A DNA stretch of 64,000 nucleotides from an uncultured Pseudomonadota bacterium. GTDB lineage: Bacteria; Oederibacteriota; Muellerivitia; Muellerivitales; Muellerivitaceae. Shown here one piece after another: positions 53,955 through 64,000 of this stretch. The position numbers were made by a program, and so were the translations under genes. Under the pieces are notes generated by a model that saw only the letters and a program-made list of their open reading frames with translations, had not been told where the DNA came from and ran no database searches. The stretch spans positions 32,001 to 96,000 of the forward strand of contig CAWJKT010000003.1 in assembly GCA_963843375.1 (NCBI GenBank), given 5' to 3'. The first letter of the stretch is position 1. Every line of letters begins with the position of its first letter.

Positions 53955-56283
53955 TTGCGACGCTTTAAATCAGCTCCGTTCTTTCCTGCTCTTGGCCGGG
54001 TTTTTTTATTTGCTTTTTTACTCTTTTGTCCGGCCTTTCTTCAGGCGCAGGACGATACTGAAACACCCAAAATATCTTCCATTAAAATCGACGGAAATAA
54101 AAACGTCTCCAGCCTGATTATTTATGGTCACCTCCAGGAGAAGGAGGGGGATATCTTCTCCTTGCGTCGTATTCGAATGGACATTCACAATCTCTTTTCC
54201 ATGGGTGACTTTAAGAACGTAAAAGTTGAGGCTTTGCCAGGTGAAAAACCTGGGCAGATTGTCTTGATTTTTAAAGTTGAGGAGAGGCCGATCATCGGCA
54301 AGATGGTTTTCAGGGGAAATAAAAAATGGGAAGCCAAAAAATTTCTACAAGAAATGAAACTAGCCCCCAAGGCGGCTTTCGATCAGGCGAAATTAAGCGA
54401 TGACTTGATGGCGATTAAAAAACTTTATCTGGATGAGGGCTATTCAAATGTTCTGGTCGAATCCCAAGTTAAACCCGGAGCGCAGGATAACACCATCGAC
54501 CTTATCATCGAAATTACAGAAGGATTTCAAATCAAAGTAGGCGGCGTTGATGTTATCGGCGCTCAAGCCTTCAGTGGTAATAAAGTGGCCGACCAGATGA
54601 AGGAAAATAAAAAAGGTGATAAATACAAACCCGACCTATTAAGTGATGACATGAAAGCCATTGAAGATTTTTACCACGATGAGGGGTATTTAAAGGCGGT
54701 CGTGTTGGACCACGAGGAAAAAGTGAATGAACAAAAGAAAAGGGTTTATCTCACGATCACGGTGAATGAAGGCGTCAAGTACACTTTGGGGGACGTGAAA
54801 ATTACTGGAAACATTCTTTTTGATGACTCGGAGCTTTTAAAGGTTTTTGGGTATAAAAAAGGTGACCTTTTACGAAAAAAAGATCTGGATGAAAGAACCC
54901 GTAACATGAGGTCTATGTACGCGGATCGAGGTTACATCTATTCGAATATCAATCCTGTCATGACCTACGATGACGACCTTAAAAAGGTCGATATTACCTT
55001 TGAGGTTACGGAAGGGCAGGTTGCTTATATCCAGGACATCAAAATCGTGGGGAACTATAAAACTCAGGATTATGTCATCCGCCGGGAACTTGAAATCAAA
55101 GCCGGCGATAAGTTTGAGGCTATCAAAATTAAACGTTCAATACAAAACTTAATGAATCTTGGATTTTTCGAAGAAGTTAACCCAGATGTTGAGCCTGGTG
55201 ATGGACCGGGGAAAGAAATTCTCGTTTTCAAGATTAAGGAAAGAAAAACTGGATCCATTAGCGTGGGTGGCGGGTACAGTTCCGTGGACGGTTTCGTGGG
55301 AAATGTAAAACTGGAGGAAGGAAACCTTTTCGGCAAAGGCCAAAAAGCAACATTGGACATCGAGTTTGGCGCTTCGCGTACAAGCTTTAGTGTTGGGTTT
55401 ACCGAACCCTGGCTTTTTCAATACTCGAACTTCATTCAGCATCAATCTTTTTGATACCACCCGGATTTTCACTACCGCAGTTTTGGATCCGGATGGAACC
55501 AATAACTTTTATACCGAAACCCAAATCGGGGGTACCGTTCAATTAGGCCGGCGATTGAGCCGTTATTGGAGCCTATATGGTTCTTATACCCTGCAAAACG
55601 TCGATATATATAATGTAGACGCCTATTATACGACGATTGGAACCCCGCAATATATCGATGCAACCGACTCGACCACCAGCAGTATTACGCCGCGAATCGT
55701 ATACGACAGCAGGGACAATTATTTCGATACCACGTCGGGCTGGAAACATCAGCTTTCCCTTGAATTCGCGGGAGGACCATTAGGCTTTAACAACAACTTC
55801 ATCAAGGCTATCGAGGACTCCAGCCATTGGGTGCCTTTGCCCGGGGGTTTTACAATCGGAGAACATGTCCGTTTCGGCGCAGGGCAGGGCTACTGGTTCC
55901 CAGGCAAGGGTTATACGGACTTGCCTCTTTATGAGAAGTTTTTTGCCGGAGGAACAGACACCATTCGCGGTTATAACGAACGAAGTGTTGGCCCTATTAC
56001 GGGTGGCAACGCTCTTTTTGTCTCCAACACCGAATTAAAACATCCTATTGTGGGTCCTCTGCGTGGTGTGGTTTTTTGGGATACGGGGAACTGCTGGTCC
56101 AACATTTGGAGCTTGGATGAGTCTCATGTGCAATTTGGAGCTGGAGTTGGAGTACGGTTAACAATCCCCGGAACCATTATGGATATTCGACTCGATTATG
56201 GTTGGCCCATTCATTCCGATTTATCAACGGAGGCCGCGCCACCGGGTGGAGTCCTGCACTTTAACTTGGGGAATCTTTTTTAA
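53955..56283 (+). CDS. bamA: Outer membrane protein assembly factor BamA (apparent indel about 55415)
   Basis: Signal peptide, five POTRA repeats, 'GNLFGKGQ', 'FTEPWLF', loop-6 'GGTDTIRGY', C-terminal 'HFNLGNLF'. Confidence 0.96.
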
Positions 56284-56378
56284 GACAGGTGGATTTTTCC
56301 AATTCCGGTATTGTGTCTTTGTTATATCGAGTGACTTAGAGGTTAAAACCTCAAACTGAAAACAACTATAATACCGCC

Positions 56379-57137
56379 ATGAAAATTCTTTTGACCAATG
56401 ATGACGGTATTAATGCCTCCGGCCTCAAGGCCCTTTACGAAGCGGTTAAGACTTTAGGTGACGTGGCCGTTTCAGCCCCGGATAAGCAAGCCAGTGCCAC
56501 GGGCCATTCCATTTCCCTCAACACTCCATTTCGGGTTTTTTCCCCTGCATGGTCCAATGTTCATAATTCCTATAGCGTCTCCAGTACCCCCGCGGATTGT
56601 GTGAGAACGGCTGTTTTAAAGCTATTGCCATGGAAACCCGATTTAGTGATTTCAGGCATCAACCAGGGGGCTAATTATGGTTCCCTCATTTTTTATTCGG
56701 GTACGGTGGCTGCGGCCGCTGAAGCGGTTTTATTAGGAATTCCGTCCATGGCTATTTCATTGACAAGTCATACCTTTAAAGATTTTTCGGTCAGCGCCCA
56801 GTTTGCCAAAAAAATCGCCCAATGGATTAGTGAGAAAGGTTTGGGCCCTGGAGTTTTCCTAAATGTAAATGTCCCCCCGCTTGGCCGCAAAGAGATCAAA
56901 GGGGTGGTTTTGACTCATCAGGGTCAATTCCGCCATATTGACGATTTGGAACATCACAAAGATTTAGAAGGCCATTTTAATTATATTTTAAATAGCCCCA
57001 GCGAACCATCTCTTGAGCATCCTGAGTCCGATGTTGCTAAGGTGAACGAAGGTTATGTTTCGGTAACTCCTCTTCATTTGGATTTGACCGCAAAACATCA
57101 ATTTCCTTATTTCTCCGATTGGCCTTGGGAGGTCTGA
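56379..57137 (+). CDS. surE: 5'/3'-nucleotidase SurE
   Basis: 'ILLTNDDGI', 'TPADCV', 'SGINQGAN', 'YSGTVAAA', 'VSVTPL'. Confidence 0.97.
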   Translation: MKILLTNDDGINASGLKALYEAVKTLGDVAVSAPDKQASATGHSISLNTPFRVFSPAWSNVHNSYSVSSTPADCVRTAVLKLLPWKPDLVISGINQGANYGSLIFYSGTVAAAAEAVLLGIPSMAISLTSHTFKDFSVSAQFAKKIAQWISEKGLGPGVFLNVNVPPLGRKEIKGVVLTHQGQFRHIDDLEHHKDLEGHFNYILNSPSEPSLEHPESDVAKVNEGYVSVTPLHLDLTAKHQFPYFSDWPWEV

Positions 57138-57204
57138 TTCCAAGGAAAAACATAATTCAACTGGCTGTCTGCCTCGCAAGATTTCCATGCGCAAAAGGTT
57201 TTTA

Positions 57205-57426
57205 ATGAGAGAACGAATCGAAAAAGTTTTGGATGAAATCCGCGCTATCCTTAAGGTCGATGGGATTGACATCGAGCTTATCCAGATTACCGAGGATGGA
57301 GTCGTCCAAGTCCATCTCCGCGGCGCCTGTGCCACTTGTACCGATTCCATCATGACTTTAAAGCAAGGGATTGAACGGTTTGTTATGGAACAAATTCCCG
57401 AAGTTCGAAAAGTAATCACGGTTTAA
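57205..57426 (+). CDS. NifU-like (Nfu) domain protein
   Basis: 'IEKVLDEIR..LKVDG.DIEL', 'LRGACATC..S..TLKQGIE'. Confidence 0.9.
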   Translation: MRERIEKVLDEIRAILKVDGIDIELIQITEDGVVQVHLRGACATCTDSIMTLKQGIERFVMEQIPEVRKVITV

Positions 57427-57462
57427 TTTTTGGACCACACTCGGTCCGGAAATAGTTTTTTG

Positions 57463-57491
57463 TTGGTGGAACCCCTAAAGTTTCCTATACT
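57463..57491 (+). promoter_or_regulatory. Putative sigma70 promoter of the pur operon
   Basis: TTGGTG (57463-57468), 17 bp, TATACT (57486-57491); implies a leader of about 160 nt. Confidence 0.5.
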
Positions 57492-57534
57492 GTCCTCGTT
57501 TTCCCCGGTTGTTTTCCTTTCCTCGCTCATCTGT

Positions 57535-57650
57535 GACGGCAGTTTTAAATGTTAAATTTTGAATTTTATATTGGAGTTGATTTCCGTCCGAAAGGGTGAA
57601 AATCCCCCCGGTTTAAAATTCAGGATTATCAATTTAGAATTTTAAGGGAG
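57535..57650 (+). promoter_or_regulatory. Structured 5' leader of purB (candidate cis-regulatory RNA)
   Basis: Long imperfect hairpin 57557-57625 capped by GAAA, plus mutually exclusive alternative helices (see findings). Confidence 0.4.
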
Positions 57651-57655
57651 TCTTT

Positions 57656-58950
57656 TTGATACCGCGTTATACCTTGCCGGAAATGGGCGATCTCTGGTCC
57701 GAGCAGGCCAAATACGATACTTGGCTGAAAGTTGAGATTGCCGCCTGCGAAGCCTGGGCCCGTTTGGGCCGGATTCCCAAAAAAGATTTGGCGATCATCA
57801 AGAAAAAGGCAAAATTCTCCATCAAGCGGATCGAGGCCATCGAGCGAAAAACCAACCATGATTTGATATCTTTTTTAACTTCGGTTGCTGAAAATGTAGG
57901 CCCATCCTCCCGTTTTATTCACCTGGGGCTAACTTCCACTGATGTCGTGGACACTGCCCAGGCGCTCCAATTGGTCCCGGCTTCCGACCTTATCTTGACC
58001 AGCTAAAAAAACTCAGGGAAGTTTTGAAACGCCTGGCCAAAGAACACCGTTATTCCATGATGATTGGTCGCACCCATGGGGTGCATGCCGAGCCAGTCAC
58101 CTTCGGCCTCAAGATGGCCCTTTGGCACGAGGAAATCGGCCGCCAAATCGATCGTTTGAACTTGGCCCGGGAACAGGTGGCAGTGGGGATGATTTCCGGG
58201 GCCGTAGGGACATTCGCCAACATCGATCCCCGGGTAGAAAAGCATGTTTGCCAATCCCTTGGTTTGAAGCCTGCCGCTGTTTCCACCCAAACACTCCAAC
58301 GGGACCGTCACGCCTTTTTCCTTTCGGTTTTGGCGGTGAATCGCCTCCTCATTGGAAAAGTTTGCCACTGAAATCCGGAATCTCCAACGCACCGAGATAC
58401 TGGAAGTCGAGGAGCATTTTGCCGAAGGCCAAAAGGGTTCCTCCGCCATGCCGCACAAGCGCAATCCCCTGACCGCCGAAAGGGTGGCTGGATTGGCCCG
58501 GGTCATGCGGGGATATGCTCTTGCCGCCCAGGAAAATGTTGCGCTTTGGCATGAGAGGGATATCACCCATTCTTCGGCCGAACGCATTATTCTGCCTGAC
58601 GCGACGATCCTTCTTCATTACATGCTTGCCAAGTTCATCGATGTCATGGAAAAACTCAACATCTATCCCGAGCGTATGAAGCGAAATATTCAGCTCACCC
58701 GGGGATTGGTTTCTTCCCAACAGGTCCTTTTAGCCCTGGTGAAAAGGGGTTGTACACGTGAAAAGGCTTATGCCATTGTCCAGCGAAACGCTTTGAACGC
58801 CTGGAAAAATGAGGCTAATTTCAGGCAGTTGATCGAAGCCGATCCGGATGTCACAAAATATTGGATCCGTCGGAGATAGAAGAGTGTTTTAACCTTTCCT
58901 ATCACATGAAGAACGTGGATTATATCTTGAAGCGGGCGGGAATTCTGTAA
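57656..58950 (+). CDS. purB: Adenylosuccinate lyase (apparent indels about 58000, 58340, 58860)
   Basis: 'MIPRY', 'IHLGLTSTDVVDT', 'GRTHGVHAEP', signature 'GSSAMPHKRNP', 'WHERDITHS'. Confidence 0.95.
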
Positions 58951-58997
58951 AGTAATTCCCGGGATTGAATTAAAAATTAAAAATCGGAGACAACGGT

Positions 58998-59252
58998 ATG
59001 GGCTGGCATGTAAGTGTTTATGTTACCTTAAAACCCTCGGTTCAAGATCCCCAAGGGGCGACGGTCCAGAGGGCTTTGAACCAGATGGGTTATAAAAGCG
59101 TCCAGGGTGTACGGATGGGGAAGTTTACGGAACTTGAATTCGATGGGACTCTTCCGGAGGCTGATGTAAAAAAACAAGCGGACGAGATTTGCGACAAGCT
59201 TTTGGCCAATCCTAATATCGAATCCTATCGTTTCATTGTGGAGAAGAAATGA
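58998..59252 (+). CDS. purS: FGAM synthase subunit PurS
   Basis: '[10 protein letters not shown]', 'VRMGK', '[10 protein letters not shown]'. Confidence 0.95.
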   Translation: MGWHVSVYVTLKPSVQDPQGATVQRALNQMGYKSVQGVRMGKFTELEFDGTLPEADVKKQADEICDKLLANPNIESYRFIVEKK

Positions 59253-59948
59253 AGTTTTCCGTCACGGTTTTCCCGGGTTCCAATTGCGATCATGATTGTG
59301 AATATGTGATCCGGGAAGTCATGGGCCAGAAAGTCGAAATGATATGGCACAAGCAGACCGACTTGAGGAATCCCGATTGCGTGGTGGTTCCCGGGGGATT
59401 TTCCTACGGGGATTACCTGCGGACTGGGGCCATTGCCCGTTTTTCCCCCGTGATGAAGTCGGTTGCTGATTTCGCCGCCAAAGGCGGTTTAGTGATCGGC
59501 ATCTGCAATGGTTTTCAAATACTTTGCGAGGCGGGTCTTTTGCCGGGAGCTCTCATCCGTAATAAAACACTTCAGTTCATCTGCAAGAATGTTTATATCA
59601 AGGTTGAACAGACCGACACGCCTTTCACGAACGCCTGTGAACTTGGCCAAGTCTTAAAAATCCCCATTGCCCATGGTGAAGGGAACTATTTCATCGATTC
59701 CGATGGACTTGAAAAAACTTAGGGAAAACCGCCAAGTCGTCGTTCGCTATTGCGATGCCCAAGGCCAATCGACCGTCGAAGCCAATCCCAACGGTTCGTT
59801 GGAGAACATTGCTGGTATTTGCAATGTAAGACGCAATGTTTTTGGGCTGATGCCCCATCCGGATCGATCTGCCGAGGATGTTTTGGGCAGCCATGACGGG
59901 CAATTCATCTGGAAGTCCATTTTGGCGGCCAAAGTGGGCGCATTATGA
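59249..59948 (+). CDS. purQ: FGAM synthase subunit PurQ (apparent indel about 59712)
   Basis: 'FPGSNCD', '[11 protein letters not shown]', 'GICNGFQ', 'NPNGS', 'GLMPHP'. Confidence 0.96.
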
Positions 59949-62175
59949 GTTCCTCGATAATGGAGGTCGAAATCACCCCTCAGGTCATCAAAGAACATGG
60001 CCTTAAACCCGATGAATACGACCGGATCTGCAAGATTTTGGGCCGTAAACCCAATATCACTGAACTTGGGACTCTATTCGGTCATGTGGAGCGAACATTG
60101 TGGTTATAAGCATTCCAGGGCCTTTTGAAAACACTTCCAACGAAGGGCCCGAAGGTCCTACAAGGGCCCGGCGAAAACGCCGGTATCGTGGATATCGGCG
60201 AGGGTTGGGCGGTCGCCTTTAAGGTGGAATCCCACAACCATCCTTCGGCTATCGAACCTTACCAAGGGGCCGCCACAGGAGTGGGAGGCATTCTTCGGGA
60301 TATTTTCACCATGGGTGCCCGGCCCATCGCTTCCTTGAATTCACTTCGGTTTGGGCCTCTTTCCGACCCCAAGGTCAAAGGCTTTTTACGGGCGTGGTTC
60401 AGGGTATCGCGGATTACGGTAATTGTATGGGCATTCCGACGGTGGCTGGGGAAGTGGTGTTCGATGAAAGTTATTCCGAGAACTGTCTTGGTCAATGCCA
60501 TGTCGGTGGGGTTGGTGAGGCATGAGCATATCATCAAGGGGAAGGCTACTGGCGTGGGAAACCCGGTCATCTATATCGGGGCGACGACTGGGAGGGATGG
60601 GATTCACGGGGCGACTTTCGCCTCCACCGAGATCAGCGATGAATCCACCGAAAAGCGAAGCGCGGTCCAGGTGGCCGATCCTTTTATGGAAAAACTTTTA
60701 ATGGAAGCCACCCTGGAACTCATTCATGGCGACCTTTTGGTGGGAATCCAGGACATGGGCGCGGCGGGGCTAACTTGTTCTACCTGCGAAATGGCCAGCC
60801 GAGGCGGGGCGGGGATCGAGATCGACGTGGCCAAGGTTCCCAAACGCGAAAAGGGAATGACGCCTTATGAAATTCTGCTTTCCGAATCCCAAGAGCGCAT
60901 GCTTCTGGTGGCCAAGCCGGGTTGCGAACAAAAAGTCCATGATGTTCTGGCCAAGTGGGACTTGCACGCGGCCACTATCGGCGTAGTGACGGATACGGGC
61001 CGTATGGTGGTAAAAGAAAACGGAAAAGTCGTGGCGGACGTCCCCGCCGATTCCTTGACCGAGGCGCCTGTCTATCATCCGGCCAAGAGCGAACCGGCGA
61101 TCTTGAAAAAGCACCGGGAGTTCGACGAATCCATTGTTCCGATTCCGAACAGACTGCAGGCTGTCCTGGAAAAACTTCTTTCCGACCCCACGATTGCCAG
61201 CAAACGTTGGGTTTACCAGCAATACGACCATATGGTCCGCTCCAATTCCCTCGTGCGGCCTGGTTCCGATGCGGCGGTCATTCGGGTAAAAGGGACTTCA
61301 TTGGGATTGGCCATGACCATTGACGGTTTGGGTTCCTATTGCGCCCTGGACCCTTACGAGGGAGCCAAGATCGTGGTGGCGGAAGCGGCCCGTAATATCG
61401 CCTGTTCTGGTGCGGAATCCATCGGAATGACTGATTGTCTGAATTTCGGAAGCCCGGAAAAACCCGAAGTTTATTATTATTTTGACCGGGTAATCGCCGG
61501 GTTAGGCGATGCCTGTCGGGCCTTTAATATTCCCATTACCGGCGGGAATGTCTCCCTTTACAACGAAAATCCTTCGGGTGCGATTGATCCGACTCCCATC
61601 GTGGGGATGATGGGTCTTTTTTCAAATGTGGATAAAGCCGTGACCCAATGGTTCAAAGAAGATGGCGATTTTGTTTATTTATTGGGGAATATCGGGGATT
61701 CCATCGGTGGAAGCCGTTATTTACAGCTCGTCCATGGAAAAAAGACAGGGTCCTGTCCTAGATTGGATTTAGAAGTCGAGTTGAAATTGCATCAAGCCCT
61801 GAAGGCTCATGGCGGATGAAAAGATTCTTCAAAGCGCCCATGATTGTTCCGATGGCGGTTTTGCGGTGGCTTTGGCGGAATGCTGTATGACGGGCTTAAC
61901 CCATGAGGCAAAAACCCATGGAGCCAAGGTTACCTTGCCGGGTGCAGGACGGTTGGATGGCCGCCTTTTTGGGGAAGCCCAGTCAAGAGCGATTGTTTCC
62001 TGTAAACCGGCAATGGGGCTTCAAGTGGAAGCCCTGGCCAAGAAGTTTAGGTGTTCCTTGTGTGAAAATTGGCCAGGTCGGCGGGGATTCTTTGGTCATC
62101 GAAAATGTCATAAACGTATCCGTCAACTAATTGGCGGATTTGTTTTTTACCAGCATTGAAAAGATGATGGCCTAG
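59945..62175 (+). CDS. purL: FGAM synthase subunit PurL (small type; several apparent errors)
   Basis: 'MWSEHC.YK', 'KVESHNHPS', '[12 protein letters not shown]', 'QDMGAAG', 'SESQERM', 'GGNVSLYN', 'AHDCSDGG'; ATGA overlap with purQ. Confidence 0.95.
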
Positions 62176-62195
62176 CCATTCAAAAGGAGCATCCT

Positions 62196-63611
62196 GTGCC
62201 TCAGTTGTTAGATGATGATAAGCCCCACGATCAGTGTGGTGTTTTCGGGTATTTGGCCATCCGGAAGCGGCCAAGATCACCTATTTAGGATTGCATTCCC
62301 TTCAACACCGGGGCCAAGAATCCGCCGGTATTTGCACCATGGACGAGGGCCGACTTTACAATCACAAGCGCATGGGGTTAGTCGCGGACATTTTTGATGA
62401 GACCGCCTTTAAAGAACTGCCGGGCAAGGTAGCCATCGGCCATGTGCGCTATTCCACCACCGGATCCAGCCAACTGAGAAACGCTCAGCCCATCGCGGTG
62501 GAATACGCTCGAGGCAGTATCGCCATCGCCCATAACGGGAACCTGGTCAACGCCCGCCGTATCCGCGACGAATTGGAGGCCCGGGGTTCCATTTTTGTTT
62601 CCACCGTCGATTCGGAAGTCATCGTTCATCTTTTGGCCCGTTCCACCAACCATACCTTGATCGAGGGAGTCATCGAGTCCTTGCGCCAAGTGCGGGGAGC
62701 CTATTCGCTTCTCATATTGTCCGATGACGGCATGTTGGGCATGCGGGATCCCCATGGGTTCCGGCCTCTTTGTCTGGGCAAGCTGGGGGATTCCTATGTT
62801 TTGGCCAGCGAAACCTGCGCTTTTGACATCGTGGACGCCAAATACATCCGTGACGTGGAACCGGGCGAGATCGTTCTCATCAATGAGAATGGCCTGGTTT
62901 CCATCAAGCCCTTCGAGAAAATCCAGTCGGCCATGTGCATTTTCGAATATATCTATTTCGCCAGGCCCGATTCCCGTATTTACAATACCAGCGTACAAAA
63001 AGTCAGAAAGCGGTTGGGCGCCATTCTTGGCGCAAGAAGCTTATGTCGAGGCCGACGTGGTGGTTCCGGTCCCCGATTCTTCCAATATGGCGGCTACTGG
63101 GTTCGCCGAAGAAGCTAAAATTCCATACGAAATGGGGCTTATCCGGAATCATTACATTGGACGGACTTTTATTGAGCCCGACCAAGCCATCCGTGATTTT
63201 GGCGCCCGTTTAAAATATAACCCCGTTCGCGAGGCTATGGAAGGAAAGCGGGTCATCCTGATCGATGATTCCATCGTTCGGGGTACAACGATGCGTAAAA
63301 TCGTCAAAATGATTCGAAATGTGGGGGCCAAAGAAGTCCATCTGCGCATTACATCGCCGCCTATTATTTCTCCATGTTTTTATGGAATGGACTTTCCCAG
63401 CCGGAAGGAGCTGATCGCGGCCACGCATAGCTTGGATGAGATCAAGACCTACCTGCGGGTGGATAGTCTGGCTTATTTATCGGTGGAGGGAATGATGCGA
63501 GCGGTCGAGGGGACTCCCCAGGGTCATTGCGCAGCTTGTTTTACTGCCAAGTACCCGGTTCCATTCGATGAAGAGACCGAAAAATATAGTCTGGAAATCT
63601 CCAAGTGTTGA
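62196..63611 (+). CDS. purF: Amidophosphoribosyltransferase (apparent indels about 62248 and 63025)
   Basis: AAGGAG RBS; propeptide then 'CGVFG'; 'QHRGQESAG', 'GHVRYST', 'HNGNL', PRPP site '[10 protein letters not shown]', Fe-S Cys 'CFYG' and 'CAAC'. Confidence 0.95.
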
Positions 63612-63639
63612 AAAGGCTTTTCATTTCTGATGTTGGGGA

Positions 63640-64000
63640 CTAGTTTTCCGACGCGACTACTCTGTTGCGGCCTTTTTCCTTAGCTTCATAAAGGGAATGG
63701 TCGGCCCGTTTGATGACTTCTTCCGGAGTTTTTAAATTTTTCCCGGCAAAAGCGACTCCCGCACTGAATGTGATGTTCACCTTTTTGCCCCGGCGCTTGT
63801 CCTTTTTAAAGGGAATACTTATTCCATCGTAATTGGAGCTCCGTTTGCCGCGAAGAGTAAATTTTCGTCTTTTCCATCGATGTTCGGGCTTTTTCCATCA
63901 TTTCGACGGCCGATTCCTGGGTAGGACCTTCGAAAATCACGCAAAATTCCTCCCCGCCATATCGATAAACTCGGTCGCCCAAATATTCCTGAAGATGTTG
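63640..64000 (-). CDS. GGDEF diguanylate cyclase domain, C-terminal part (truncated by window edge; one apparent indel)
   Basis: Reverse strand reads 'VYRYGGEEFCVIF', then 'NITFSAGVA...VIKRADHSLYEAKEKGRNRV', stop TAG at 63642-63640. Confidence 0.9.

Noticed and set aside
57530..57612. ZTP (pfl) or FMN riboswitch call from GTGACGGC and GGGTGAAAATCCC
   Set aside because: Only fragments resemble these; the remaining conserved elements are missing, so it is kept as an unnamed candidate.
58003..58012. A7 run at the purB frame break as a programmed slippage site
   Set aside because: purB has two other breaks and no known recoding; indistinguishable from the surrounding indel errors.
62128..62130. 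In-frame TAA 14 codons before the natural purL stop (possible readthrough or recoding)
   Set aside because: TAA serves as a normal stop throughout the window and this region is error-rich; a base-call error is the simpler explanation.

Overview
Core-genome segment of a diderm (LPS-type) bacterium, mostly on the + strand, with a - strand block at 29.0-38.7 kb. Order: lptF/G (partial), lptD, uvrA, a PorV/UPF0164-type barrel, a Crp-type protein, a polyprenyl synthase, an 11-subunit complex I operon (nuoABCDHIJKLMN, no nuoEFG), ccsA-hemA-hemC-cobA/hemD-hemB-hemL, an uncharacterised three-gene exported cassette (TPR, barrel-TPR, GH5), then ymdB, ygfA, rarA and 6S RNA (-), a small ORF and glgP (+), zapA, zapB and pheT (-), prfB with its programmed +1 frameshift, lysS, lolC/E, lolD, mcsA, mcsB, clpC, tamB, bamA, surE, a NifU-domain gene, purB, purS, purQ, purL, purF, and a partial GGDEF gene (-). 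Many genes, including essential ones, are broken by single-base indels, often at homopolymers. I read these as sequencing or assembly errors, so coordinates of those genes are reconstructed by eye. I saw no CRISPR array, tRNA, rRNA, transposase, integrase or phage gene. Best novelty candidates: the TPR/barrel/GH5 cassette, a switch-like RNA leader before the pur operon, a TamB with a C-terminal FN3-like domain, and a ZapA with a very long coiled coil. All calls come from motif recognition only; no searches or folding programs were run.
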